This document shows, in pieces, positions 24,629-33,456 of a stretch of DNA of 44,607 nucleotides. A program made the position numbers and the translations under genes. Positions within the stretch are counted from its first letter, which is position 1; every line of letters begins with the position of its first letter. The stretch is from NCBI GenBank assembly GCA_036390555.1, contig DASWBP010000031.1, positions 1 through 44,607 on the forward strand, written 5' to 3'. This DNA is from Burkholderiales bacterium. GTDB lineage: Bacteria > Pseudomonadota > Gammaproteobacteria > Burkholderiales > SG8-39. The notes under the pieces were generated by a model. It saw only the letters and a list, made by a program, of their open reading frames with translations. It searched no databases and was not told the origin of the DNA.

Positions 24629-26143
24629 CTACTTGAGGAACAGCCGGTAGGCCGGGTTGCGCGTCTCGTCGGTCGCCGGGTAGCCGAGGCGCGCGAGGAA
24701 CCTGCGGAAGTCGCCCATCTCGCGCGGCGGCACCTGCAGGCCCACCAGGATCGAGCCGTAGTCGGCGCCGTGGTTGCGGTAGTGGAACAGGCTGATGTTC
24801 CAGCCCGGATTCATCGCCGTGAGGAACTTCATCAGGGCCCCGGGGCGCTCCGGAAATTCGAACCGGTAGAGCAGCTCGTCCTTCGCCAGCGGCGAGTGCC
24901 CGCCGATCATGTGGCGCATGTGGCCCTTGGCCACCTCGTCCTCCGACATGTCGAGGGTGCGAAAGCCCGCGCGCCGCAGTCCGCGCACGATGCGCGGCGT
25001 CTCGCCGAGCCCGTGCACCGTGACACCGACGAAGATGTGCGCCTCGCGCGGGTCCGACATGCGGTAGTTGAACTCGGTGATGTTGCGCCCGCCCACCGCG
25101 CGGCAGAAGCGCCGGAAGCTGCCGCGCTCCTCGGGGATGGTGACCGCGAGCACCGCCTCGCGATGCTCGCCCACCTCGGCGCGCTCGGCGACGAAGCGCA
25201 GGCGGTCGAAGTTGGTGTTGGCGCCGCTCGCCACGGCGACGAGCTTCTTGCCGCGCGCGCCGTGGCGCTCCACCCAGGCCTTCGCGCCTGCGATCGCCAG
25301 CGCGCCCGCTGGCTCGAGCACCACGCGCGTGTCCTCGAACACGTCCTTGATCGCCGCGCAGATCTCGTCGGTGTCCACCAGCACCATCTCGTCCACCAGC
25401 TGGCGGCACAGGCGAAACGTCTCCTTGCCGACCTGCTTCACCGCGACGCCGTCGGCGAACAGGCCGACGTGCTCGAGCTTCACGCGGCGCCCCGCCTTGA
25501 GCGAGCGCGCCATCGCGTCGGCATCGGTCGGTTCGACGCCCACCACGCGGATCCCGGGCGCAAGGCGCTTCAGGTACGCGGCGATGCCGGAAACGAGGCC
25601 GCCGCCGCCCACCGGCACGAACACTGCGTCGATCGGCCGCGCGCTCTGGCGCAGGATCTCCATGCCGATAGTGCCCTGACCCGCGATCACCTCCGGGTCG
25701 TCATAGGGATGCACGAACGTGAGGCCGAGCCGGCGCTTGAGTTGCATCGCGTGCGCGTAGGCCTCGTCGTAGGAGTCGCCCTTCAGCACCACGCGCGCGC
25801 CTCGCGAGGCGACCGCATCCACCTTGATCCTCGGCGTGGTCACCGGCATGACGATGGTGGCGCGGCAGCCGAGCTTCTGCGCGGCGAGCGCCACGCCCTG
25901 CGCGTGGTTTCCCGCGCTCGCGGCGATCACGCCCTTCTTCAGCTTCTCGCGCGGCAGGCCGGCCATCTTGTTGTAGGCGCCGCGCAATTTGAAGGAGAAC
26001 ACCGACTGCAGGTCCTCGCGCTTGAGCAGCAGGCGGTTGCCGAGCCGCCGCGACAGCGCGGGCGCGAGCTCGAGCGGCGACTCGACCGCCACGTCGTAGA
26101 CGCGCGCGCGCAGGATGCGGGCGAGATAATCTTCGCGTTTCAT
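24629..26143 (-). CDS. ilvA: Biosynthetic threonine ammonia-lyase (threonine dehydratase)
   Basis: 504 aa. PLP-lysine motif SFKLRGA and glycine loop VGGGGL. Two C-terminal ACT-like regulatory repeats are consistent with the length. Confidence 0.92.
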   Translation of the reverse strand: MKREDYLARILRARVYDVAVESPLELAPALSRRLGNRLLLKREDLQSVFSFKLRGAYNKMAGLPREKLKKGVIAASAGNHAQGVALAAQKLGCRATIVMPVTTPRIKVDAVASRGARVVLKGDSYDEAYAHAMQLKRRLGLTFVHPYDDPEVIAGQGTIGMEILRQSARPIDAVFVPVGGGGLVSGIAAYLKRLAPGIRVVGVEPTDADAMARSLKAGRRVKLEHVGLFADGVAVKQVGKETFRLCRQLVDEMVLVDTDEICAAIKDVFEDTRVVLEPAGALAIAGAKAWVERHGARGKKLVAVASGANTNFDRLRFVAERAEVGEHREAVLAVTIPEERGSFRRFCRAVGGRNITEFNYRMSDPREAHIFVGVTVHGLGETPRIVRGLRRAGFRTLDMSEDEVAKGHMRHMIGGHSPLAKDELLYRFEFPERPGALMKFLTAMNPGWNISLFHYRNHGADYGSILVGLQVPPREMGDFRRFLARLGYPATDETRNPAYRLFLK

Positions 26144-26150
26144 CGCAAAA

Positions 26151-26159
26151 AGCCTAGCA
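26151..26159 (-). promoter_or_regulatory. Extended -10-like element TGCTAGGCT 7 nt upstream of the ilvA start codon
   Basis: The minus strand reads TG-C-TAGGCT (26159..26151), then TTTTGCG, then ATG 26143. No SD-like sequence. Confidence 0.25.
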
Positions 26160-26169
26160 CACGCCCCTG

Positions 26170-26574
26170 ATGGAAACCTTGCTCTCGCCTGAGGGCGGCC
26201 TTCTTGCCGTGCTCGCGGCGAGCTTCATCGCCGCGACGCTGGTGCCGCTTTCCTCCGAGGCAGTGCTCTTCGGCTACCTCAAGCTGCACCCCGAGCACGC
26301 GGCGCTCGCCGTGGCGCTCGCGACGCTGGGCAACACCGCGGGAGGCATGACGACCTATCTCATCGGGCGGCTCGTGCCGGAGAAGAAGCCGGACACGAAA
26401 GCCCTCGCGTGGCTGCACCGCTACGGCGCGCCCGCAATGCTCTTTGCCTGGTTGCCGATCGTGGGCGACGCATTGTGCGCCGCTGCGGGCTGGCTGCGGG
26501 TCAACTGGCTCGCCGCGCTCGCCTTCATGGCCGCCGGGCGCCTCGCGCGCTACCTCGTCATCGCCGCGGTCTAG
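26170..26574 (+). CDS. yqaA: YqaA-family (DedA-related) inner-membrane protein
   Basis: 134 aa. Collinear with remembered E. coli YqaA (ASF..ATL.P..SE......L...GN..GG.T.Y..GR...WL.RYGA...L..W.P.VGD.LC..AGW.R..W). Confidence 0.8.
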   Translation: METLLSPEGGLLAVLAASFIAATLVPLSSEAVLFGYLKLHPEHAALAVALATLGNTAGGMTTYLIGRLVPEKKPDTKALAWLHRYGAPAMLFAWLPIVGDALCAAAGWLRVNWLAALAFMAAGRLARYLVIAAV

Positions 26575-27062
26575 CATCCGCGGCGATGCGTAGCGCCGGG
26601 CATCTCCTGGAGCGAGCGCGTCATGAACGCGCTGTTCGGGTCGTCGGGGTAGTCCGCGAAAGGCCCGCAGTAGGCGAAGCCGAAGCTCTCGTAGAGCCGC
26701 CGTGCGGGCAGGAACGCAGGCATCGAGCCGGTTTCGAGGCTGAGTCGCGTGTAGGAGCGGGCGCGCGCCTCGGCGATGATGTGCTCCAGCATCGCGCGGC
26801 CCACGCCTTTGCGGCGCTGAGAGGAGACGGTACGCATGGACTTCACTTCGCCGTGCGTGCGATCGAGCTCCTTCAGCGCGCCGCAGCCCAGCAGCGCCAA
26901 TCCATCCCAAGCCGTCCAGAACGTGATCTCGGGCTTGCGCAGCCCGGTGAGATCGAGCGCGTGCACGCTTTCGGGCGGCGAGAGCTCGTGCATATTGCGC
27001 AGGTGCTCCTCGAGCAGCGCCCGAATTTCCGGCCCGGTCAGGTCGTCGACACGAATCAACAT
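26571..27062 (-). CDS. GNAT-family N-acetyltransferase
   Basis: 163 aa. Acetyl-CoA motif A region RRKGVGRAMLEHII, then LETG...A..LYESFGF. Confidence 0.8.
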   Translation of the reverse strand: MLIRVDDLTGPEIRALLEEHLRNMHELSPPESVHALDLTGLRKPEITFWTAWDGLALLGCGALKELDRTHGEVKSMRTVSSQRRKGVGRAMLEHIIAEARARSYTRLSLETGSMPAFLPARRLYESFGFAYCGPFADYPDDPNSAFMTRSLQEMPGATHRRGC

Positions 27063-27135
27063 GGCACTGCGAAGTGGCGAGCGCGCCTAGCGTACCAGCG
27101 AAGCACGCCGCGGAACCAGGCCGCGGCGAGGCGGA

Positions 27136-28671
27136 TCAGCGACTGGCAACCGCGAGCCGCGCTTCCAGTTCGTGGCGCTGGATCTTGCCGCTGGTGGAAC
27201 GCGGGAAATCGCCCAGCTCGATGAAGCGCACTTCCCTCGGCCGCTTGTAGCCCGCGAGCTTGTCGCGGCACAGCGCGAGCACCTGCTCCGCATCGAGCGC
27301 CGGGTCGCGCCGCGCGACGAAGGCGACCGGCACCTCGCCCCATGCGTCGTCGCGCTTGCGCACCACCACGGCGTCGGCGATGCGGGCATCGGCGAGCAGC
27401 ACCTGCTCGATCTCGGCGGGATAGATGTTCTCCCCGCCGGACTTGATCAGGTACTTGACGCGATCGACGAAATCCAGCGTGCCGTCGGCATTGCGCCGGA
27501 AGACGTCGCCCATGTGGAACCAGCCGCCGCGGAAGTCGCGCGCGTTGGACTCGGGCGCGTTCCAGTAGCCGGAGAACAGCGTCCCGGCGCGAATCGCCAG
27601 CTCGCCCGGCGCGCCCTCGGGCACGTCAGCGTCCTCGGCGTCCACCAGCCGCACCTCGCAGAAGGCGCTCTGGCGCTTGGCGAGCCGCACCGGCGCTTCG
27701 CCCGGCGCAATGCGCGAGCCGGTCGCCGGCGGCAGCCCCGTTTCGGTGGAGCCGAAGGAATTGAGGAAGGGCGCGCCCAGCAGGCCGCTCACCTCCGCGA
27801 TCTGCTGGCGCGGCACGAGATCGGCCATCGCGCCGCACACGCCGATGCCCGCCGGCCTCACCGGCCGCGCGCGCAGCGCCTCGATCATCGCCTCGATCAT
27901 GCCGGGAATCAGCACCAGCCAGCCCATGCGCTCGCGCTCGATCGCCTCCAGGAGCGGGCCCGGCTGGAAACCGTCCATCACGATCACCTTGCCACCGCGC
28001 AGCAGCGTGGAGAGCGCCTGGTCCGTGGAGGCCATGTGGTACAGCGGCGCCCACGCGACGAACGTGTCGCCCGGCGGAATCGACAGCTCGGCGCCAAAGC
28101 ACAACCCGCGCACGATCATCGCGCGATGGCTGATCACCGCGCCCTTTGGCATGCCGGTGGTGCCGCTGGTGTACAGGATCACGAGGCCGTCTTCGGGCTC
28201 GGCCTGCTCGCCCGGTGCGCCGCCCGCCTGCGCGGCCAGCAGGGCCTCGTAGCTAGCGTCCAGGACCACGCGTCCGTGCGGCGCGAGATCCAGACGGGAA
28301 AGCGCGTCAGCGTATTCCGGCTGATGGATCAGGATGCGCGGCTGCACCAGGTTGATGCTGTGCGCGAGCTCGCGTGCGGAGAGCCGCCAGTTGAGCGCGG
28401 CGGCGATGGCGCCGAGCTTGGCGCAGGCGAGCTCCACTTCGACGTATTCGAGGCAGTTACGCGCCAGCAGCGCGACGCGGTCGCCGCGCCCGACGCCACT
28501 CGCATTGAGCGCGCGCGCCAGCCGGTCAGTGCGTTCGTCGAGCTCGCCGTAGCGCAGCTGGCGCTCACCGGCCGCAATCGCGATCCGGTCGCGGCAGGCG
28601 CGCGCGCGGTGACGGAACAGGCTTGCGACGGTGTTGCGCGCCGCCTGCGCGACCGGCGCAAGCGCGTCCAT
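27136..28671 (-). CDS. AMP-dependent synthetase/ligase (acyl-CoA synthetase family)
   Basis: ATG 28671 lies 5 nt after the uvrD stop. 511 aa. AMP-binding motif YTSGTTGMPKG, plus GSTE, the GWFHMGD hinge region and the C-terminal SGKIQR lysine. Confidence 0.85.
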   Translation of the reverse strand: MDALAPVAQAARNTVASLFRHRARACRDRIAIAAGERQLRYGELDERTDRLARALNASGVGRGDRVALLARNCLEYVEVELACAKLGAIAAALNWRLSARELAHSINLVQPRILIHQPEYADALSRLDLAPHGRVVLDASYEALLAAQAGGAPGEQAEPEDGLVILYTSGTTGMPKGAVISHRAMIVRGLCFGAELSIPPGDTFVAWAPLYHMASTDQALSTLLRGGKVIVMDGFQPGPLLEAIERERMGWLVLIPGMIEAMIEALRARPVRPAGIGVCGAMADLVPRQQIAEVSGLLGAPFLNSFGSTETGLPPATGSRIAPGEAPVRLAKRQSAFCEVRLVDAEDADVPEGAPGELAIRAGTLFSGYWNAPESNARDFRGGWFHMGDVFRRNADGTLDFVDRVKYLIKSGGENIYPAEIEQVLLADARIADAVVVRKRDDAWGEVPVAFVARRDPALDAEQVLALCRDKLAGYKRPREVRFIELGDFPRSTSGKIQRHELEARLAVASR

Positions 28672-28676
28672 CGACC

Positions 28677-30857
28677 CTACGCCGCCTGGAGCTTGGCGAC
28701 CGCCACGGCGAGCCACTTCACGCCCTGCCGGCCGAAGTTGACCTGCACGCGCGCGTCCGTGCCCTGGCCTTCGGCATCCACGATCACGCCCGCGCCGAAC
28801 TTGGCGTGGATCACGTTCTGCCCGATACGAAAGCCGCTCGCCGCACCGCCCGTGCCCGCCGGCGCGCCGCCGAAACGCGGATCGCGCTTGGGCGCCTTGG
28901 CAAAGGAGCCGGCGGTGAAATGGGAAACCGGCTTGGGCTTGGCTGCAAAGCGCGGCGTGAGCCACTTGAGCAGGCCCTGCGGGATCTCGTCCAGGAACCG
29001 CGAGGGCAGGTTGTAGCGCGTCTGCCCGTGCAGCATGCGCGTCTGCGCGAACGACAGGTTGAGGCGCTTCCTGCCGCGCGTGAGCGCGACATACATCAGC
29101 CGCCGTTCCTCCTCCACGCCATCCTTCTCGAGCAGGCTTTGCTCGTGCGGGAAGAGGCCTTCTTCGAGCCCGCTGACGAACACCGTGTCGAACTCCAGGC
29201 CCTTTGCCGAGTGCATGGTCATCAGCTGCAGGGCATCCTGGCCTTCCCCCGCCTGGTGCTCGCCCGCCTCGAGCGCCGCGTGCGTGAGGAAGGCGGTGAG
29301 CGGCTCGGCGTCCTCGCCGGACTCGACGGCGATGTCCTCGGCGTTGAAGGCAGCCGCGGCGTTCACCAGCTCGGCGAGGTTCGCGAGGCGCTCCGCGCCT
29401 TCGCGCTCGGCCCTGTAATGGTCGGCAAGGCCGCTCTTCGCCACCACGTGCTCCACCTTCTCGGCGAGCGTGAGCCCCTCGGTTTCCTGGCGCAGCGACT
29501 CGATCAGCGCGACGAAAGGCGCGGCCTTGCCCGGCGTGGCGAGCGCGGTTTCGTAGAGATTGGCGCCGGCAGCCTTCGCCGCGTCCTGCAGCGCCTCCAC
29601 CGTGCGCGCGCCGATGCCGCGCGCCGGGAAGTTCACCACGCGCAGGAAGGCGTTGTCGTCCGCCGGCGAGGCCATCAGCCGCAGATAGGCGAGCGCATGC
29701 TTCACCTCTGCGCGCTCGAAGAAGCGCAGGCCGCCGTACACACGGTAGGGCAGCGCGGCGGTGAACAGCGCGTGCTCGAGCACGCGCGACTGGGCGTTCG
29801 AGCGGTACAGCACCGCGATCTGATCCAGGCGCGAGCCTTCGCGCTGCAGCGCCTTGATCTCCTCCACCATCCAGCGCGCCTCGTCGGCATCCGACTGCCC
29901 TTCGAAGACGCGCAGTGGTTCGCCCGCGCCCGCGGCCGTCCACAGGTTCTTGCCCAGGCGCTTGGCGTTGTGCGCGATGAGCGCGTTGGCGGCGTCGAGG
30001 ATGTTGCCCTGCGAGCGATAGTTCTGCTCCAGGCGAATCACCCTGCCGACGCGGTACTCGCGCTCGAACTCGGCCATGTTGGCGACGTTCGCGCCGCGGA
30101 ATGCATAGATCGACTGATCGTCGTCACCGACCGCGAACAGGCTGGTTTGCGGCCCGGCGAGCAGCTTGAGCCAGCGGTACTGCAGCTTGTTGGTGTCCTG
30201 AAATTCGTCCACCAGCACGTGCCGGAAGCGCGCGCGGTAGTGCTCGCGCAACGGCTCGTTCCTCGCGAGCAGCTCGTAGCTGCGCAAGAGCAGCTCGGCG
30301 AAATCCACCACGCCCTCGCGCTGGCACTGCTCGTCGTACGCGGCGTAGAACTCGGCGTAGCGCCGCGACACGTCGTCGGCGGCCATCACATCGCGCGCGC
30401 GCAGGCCTTCTTCCTTCCTGCCCATGATGAAGTACTGCACCTCGCGCGGCGGGAAGCGGTCCTCGTCCACGTTCATGGCGCGCAGCAGCCGCTTCACCGC
30501 GGCGAGCTGGTCCTGGGTGTCGAGGATCTGGAACTCGCGCGGCAGGCCCGCCTCGCGGTGGTGCGCGCGCAGCATGCGGTTGCAGAGGCCATGGAACGTG
30601 CCGATCCACATGCCGCGCGGGTTCACCGCGAGCATCGCCGAGAGGCGGCCGAGCATCTCGCGCGCCGCCTTGTTGGTGAAGGTCACCGCCAGCACGCCCG
30701 CGGGGGACACCGTGCCCGCCTTGAGCAGCCAGGCGATGCGCGTGGTGAGCACGCGCGTCTTGCCGCTGCCCGCGCCGGCGAGGATCAGCGCGTGGCCTTC
30801 GGGCAGCGTGACAGCGGCGAGCTGTTCGGGATTGAGGTGTTCGAGGTGCAGCGACAA
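28677..30857 (-). CDS. uvrD: DNA helicase II (UvrD)
   Basis: 726 aa. SF1 motifs AGAGSGKTRVL, TFTNKAA, DEFQDTN, YRSN and MTMHSAKGLEF. C-terminal Tudor-like tail (VIHAKFGAGVIV). TTG start according to the ORF track. Confidence 0.92.
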   Translation of the reverse strand: MSLHLEHLNPEQLAAVTLPEGHALILAGAGSGKTRVLTTRIAWLLKAGTVSPAGVLAVTFTNKAAREMLGRLSAMLAVNPRGMWIGTFHGLCNRMLRAHHREAGLPREFQILDTQDQLAAVKRLLRAMNVDEDRFPPREVQYFIMGRKEEGLRARDVMAADDVSRRYAEFYAAYDEQCQREGVVDFAELLLRSYELLARNEPLREHYRARFRHVLVDEFQDTNKLQYRWLKLLAGPQTSLFAVGDDDQSIYAFRGANVANMAEFEREYRVGRVIRLEQNYRSQGNILDAANALIAHNAKRLGKNLWTAAGAGEPLRVFEGQSDADEARWMVEEIKALQREGSRLDQIAVLYRSNAQSRVLEHALFTAALPYRVYGGLRFFERAEVKHALAYLRLMASPADDNAFLRVVNFPARGIGARTVEALQDAAKAAGANLYETALATPGKAAPFVALIESLRQETEGLTLAEKVEHVVAKSGLADHYRAEREGAERLANLAELVNAAAAFNAEDIAVESGEDAEPLTAFLTHAALEAGEHQAGEGQDALQLMTMHSAKGLEFDTVFVSGLEEGLFPHEQSLLEKDGVEEERRLMYVALTRGRKRLNLSFAQTRMLHGQTRYNLPSRFLDEIPQGLLKWLTPRFAAKPKPVSHFTAGSFAKAPKRDPRFGGAPAGTGGAASGFRIGQNVIHAKFGAGVIVDAEGQGTDARVQVNFGRQGVKWLAVAVAKLQAA

Positions 30858-30866
30858 GGCGCCGCC

Positions 30867-30872
30867 ATTATA
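30867..30872 (-). promoter_or_regulatory. Perfect TATAAT hexamer 9 nt upstream of the uvrD TTG start
   Basis: The minus strand reads TATAAT (30872..30867), then GGCGGCGCC, then TTG 30857. I found no convincing -35. Confidence 0.3.
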
Positions 30873-30906
30873 CGGCGCGCGCGCCCGTCGCCCCCTGCTC
30901 TTGCGG

Positions 30907-31632
30907 CTACGGCCGGCCGGCCGGCCCGCCCGTGCGCGCGGGAGTGCGGATCGCGCGCATCACGTTGTCGATGGTGCGCAACTGCATGCGCTTCACCGGT
31001 GAAGGCGGGCTCTTCTCGTCCGGGATCTCGGTGCCGTAGCCGGGCTTGTCGATCACCACGCTGCCGAACTGGTTCTCGACGACGATGGCGCTGCCGGCGC
31101 CGGCCTTCTCGGGCTCGAGCAGCGCCACCTTGGCGGAGGCATCCACCGTGCGGCCCTCCTTTTCCTGGCGCTCGCTCACCTCGCCCTCGACCTGCGTGCC
31201 GCGAATGCCGATCGTGGCAACGCTGACGCTCACCTTCATGTCCTTGCCCTTGGCCTGCGCGATGAGCCCGGTGACGAAGCGGAACGCGCCCTTGATGATC
31301 CTCGAGTGGAACGCGTCTTCCTCGGCGCCGCCCGCCCCGTAGCTGTAGCGGCCCACTTCGAACTCGGCATTGGGCCCCAGCACGAAGCGCGACTTGTCCG
31401 TGAACTCGATGTGCAGGACTGTGCCGGCGCCGGTGCGGATGCGCTCTCCCGCGAAGATCTGGTCTCCCTGCGAGAGCTTGCGCGCTGCGCCGCCCGGGGC
31501 CAGCGCGTCACCCAGCAGCCTGCCCGTCAGCTGCGATACGCGCCCGATGGCCGGCGATGCGGCCTGCGCTGCTGCCGGCAGCAGCGACAGGCCCAGAACG
31601 ATCAGTCCGATGCCGAAGGCGTGCAGTTTCAT
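30907..31632 (-). CDS. Periplasmic FecR-domain protein
   Basis: 241 aa. Signal peptide MKLHAFGIGLIVLGLSLLPAAAQA. FecR-type beta-sandwich pattern (G..I..G..I.TG....L.I.F.D.S.F.LGPN.EF....GAFRFVTG....V.V.T..ATIGIRGT). Confidence 0.75.
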   Translation of the reverse strand: MKLHAFGIGLIVLGLSLLPAAAQAASPAIGRVSQLTGRLLGDALAPGGAARKLSQGDQIFAGERIRTGAGTVLHIEFTDKSRFVLGPNAEFEVGRYSYGAGGAEEDAFHSRIIKGAFRFVTGLIAQAKGKDMKVSVSVATIGIRGTQVEGEVSERQEKEGRTVDASAKVALLEPEKAGAGSAIVVENQFGSVVIDKPGYGTEIPDEKSPPSPVKRMQLRTIDNVMRAIRTPARTGGPAGRP

Positions 31633-31730
31633 TCCCGGACTCCTTGGCGGTCTCGCCGCATCACAGGTGCGTGAATCCTACGCCGCGCGCCGCCGGCTGT
31701 CGCGGCACCAAGGCACAAGCGGCGCGGCGA

Positions 31731-31759
31731 TTGACCTTGCGCAGGCCGGCGGCTAGATT
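31731..31759 (+). promoter_or_regulatory. Near-consensus sigma70 promoter for the membrane spermidine-synthase-like gene
   Basis: TTGACC (31731..31736), exactly 17 nt, TAGATT (31754..31759). The predicted TSS near 31766 gives a 5' UTR of about 78 nt before GTG 31844. Confidence 0.5.
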
Positions 31760-31843
31760 GCCCCGCGGCCCCACCCTGCGCATGCGCCCTTCGAGCTCCA
31801 TGCTTGCTCCGTTGCCACGCAAGGCGCGCCCGGGCGCGCGGTC

Positions 31844-33406
31844 GTGAGCGAGCGCGGCCACCGGTACGCGCTCCTGCTGTCGGTCACGCTGACCGGCATG
31901 GCGGTGCTGATCATCGAGATCGCCGCCACGCGCATGCTGGCGCCCTATTTCGGCAATTCGATCTTCACCATCTCGAGCGTCATCGGCATCGTGCTGGCGG
32001 CGCTGGGGCTGGGCTACTACCTCGGCGGCTCGCTCGCGGACCGCAAGCCCTCCGCCGCGCGGTTCTTCTCCCTGATCGTGGCCGCGGGCTTCTCGGTCCT
32101 GCTGCTGCAGCTGCTCAACGCAGTGCTGTTGCCGGGGATCGCCTACAAGCTTTCCATGGTGAGCGGCCCCCTGATCGTGTCCGTGCTGATGTTCTTCCTG
32201 CCCGCGCTCTTCCTGGCGATGCTGTCGCCGTACGCCATTGCGCTGCTGCACGCGCGCGAAGCCGGCAGGGGTGTTGGCAACGCCGCGGGACTGGTGTTCT
32301 TCTGGTCCACCCTGGGCAGCATCGCGGGCAGCCTCGGCACGGGCTTCCTGCTGATCCCGCATTGGGGCATCGGCACCACCATCGCAGGCGTCGGCACGGG
32401 CCTGGTGCTGCTCGGCGCCGCCGGCCTGCTGTACACGCGAAGGCTGCCGGCGGCCGCTGCGCTCGGCCTGGCGATCCTCGGCCTCGCATGCGGCATTGCC
32501 GTTCGGCAGGCCGCGACGGTGGACGAGCGCGGCGCGGTCTACGCCGCCGACGGCCTCTACGAAAGGATCGTCGTTCGCGACATGACGCTGCGCAACCGCG
32601 CCGCCCGCATCCTGCTGCAGGACCGCAGCGTCAGCGGCGGCATGTTCCTCGACGACGCCAGCATGGCCTTCGACTACACCAAGTACTTCGACCTGTACCG
32701 CCTGTTCACGCCCGAGCTGAAGGCCGCGCTGGCGATCGGCGGCGGCACTTACAGCGTGCCCGGCGCGATCCTGCGCGGCGCGCCGCAGGCGATCGTGGAC
32801 GTGGCGGAAATCGACCCGTCGCTGCACGCGCTCGCCATCCGCCATTTCGCGCTTGCCGACGACGCCAGGCTGCGCAATCACGTGATGGACGGGCGGCGTT
32901 TCCTGCACGACACGGCCGAGCGCTACGACCTGATCTTCTCGGATGCCTATCACTCCTTCATTTCGGCGCCCACGCAGTTCAGCACCCTGGAGTTCTTCCG
33001 CCTGGCGAGAACGAGATTGAGGGAAGACGGCGTGTTCATCGCCAATTTCTACGGCAGCCTGGCGCCGGAGAGCCGCGCCATGATCTACGCGGTCCTCGGC
33101 ACGATGCGCCGCGCGTTTCCGCAGGTGTACGTCATCGCCACGCAGGGCCCGGGGCGCGAGGAGCTGCAGAACTTCATCTTCATCGGGCACAACGCCTCCA
33201 GGCCCGGGGAGCGCCTCGACCTGCGGCGCGCGGCGGCGACGGAGTTCGCCTACCCGATGCTGCAAGGCGTGGCTGCGCAGGAACTGCGCGTGGCGGATTC
33301 CCTGCTAGACGGCCACCCGGTCCTGACCGACGACTATGCCCCGGTCGAGCATTACGCGGCGAACGCGATCCGCCGCCACGACGCCGTGCTGCGCAGGATG
33401 CGCTGA
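31844..33406 (+). CDS. Fused polytopic-membrane / spermidine-synthase-like (SpeE-fold methyltransferase-like) protein
   Basis: 520 aa, GTG start. The N-terminal ~220 aa form about 7 TM helices (LIIEIAATRMLAPYFG...). The C-terminal domain has SpeE-like motifs (AIGGGTYS.P, DVAEIDP, DLIFSDAY), but the canonical GGGDG is replaced by GGGTY. Confidence 0.8.
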   Translation: MSERGHRYALLLSVTLTGMAVLIIEIAATRMLAPYFGNSIFTISSVIGIVLAALGLGYYLGGSLADRKPSAARFFSLIVAAGFSVLLLQLLNAVLLPGIAYKLSMVSGPLIVSVLMFFLPALFLAMLSPYAIALLHAREAGRGVGNAAGLVFFWSTLGSIAGSLGTGFLLIPHWGIGTTIAGVGTGLVLLGAAGLLYTRRLPAAAALGLAILGLACGIAVRQAATVDERGAVYAADGLYERIVVRDMTLRNRAARILLQDRSVSGGMFLDDASMAFDYTKYFDLYRLFTPELKAALAIGGGTYSVPGAILRGAPQAIVDVAEIDPSLHALAIRHFALADDARLRNHVMDGRRFLHDTAERYDLIFSDAYHSFISAPTQFSTLEFFRLARTRLREDGVFIANFYGSLAPESRAMIYAVLGTMRRAFPQVYVIATQGPGREELQNFIFIGHNASRPGERLDLRRAAATEFAYPMLQGVAAQELRVADSLLDGHPVLTDDYAPVEHYAANAIRRHDAVLRRMR

Positions 33407-33456
33407 ACAGTCCTCAGGGAAGCTCTGAGCAAGTCCCGCGTGCGCGACGGTGGCGA

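Noticed and set aside
26571-26574. Convergent stop-codon overlaps (CTAG at 26571..26574 for yqaA/GNAT; TAGCTA at 18408..18413 for cytochrome/GST) as regulatory features
   Set aside because: They are real in the sequence but are readily explained by genome compaction. They only imply that any terminators must lie inside the opposing coding regions.
28677-30857. UvrD-like helicase as part of an anti-phage defence system (Gabija or Nhi-like)
   Set aside because: It has the full canonical UvrD motif set, length and C-terminal tail. No nuclease or ATPase partner gene is present. The neighbours are metabolic or periplasmic.
30907-31632. FecR-domain protein as an anti-sigma factor of a FecI/FecR/FecA iron-signalling system
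   Set aside because: It has a cleavable signal peptide instead of a cytoplasmic anti-sigma N-terminus with a single TM. No ECF sigma or TonB-dependent receptor gene occurs anywhere in the window.
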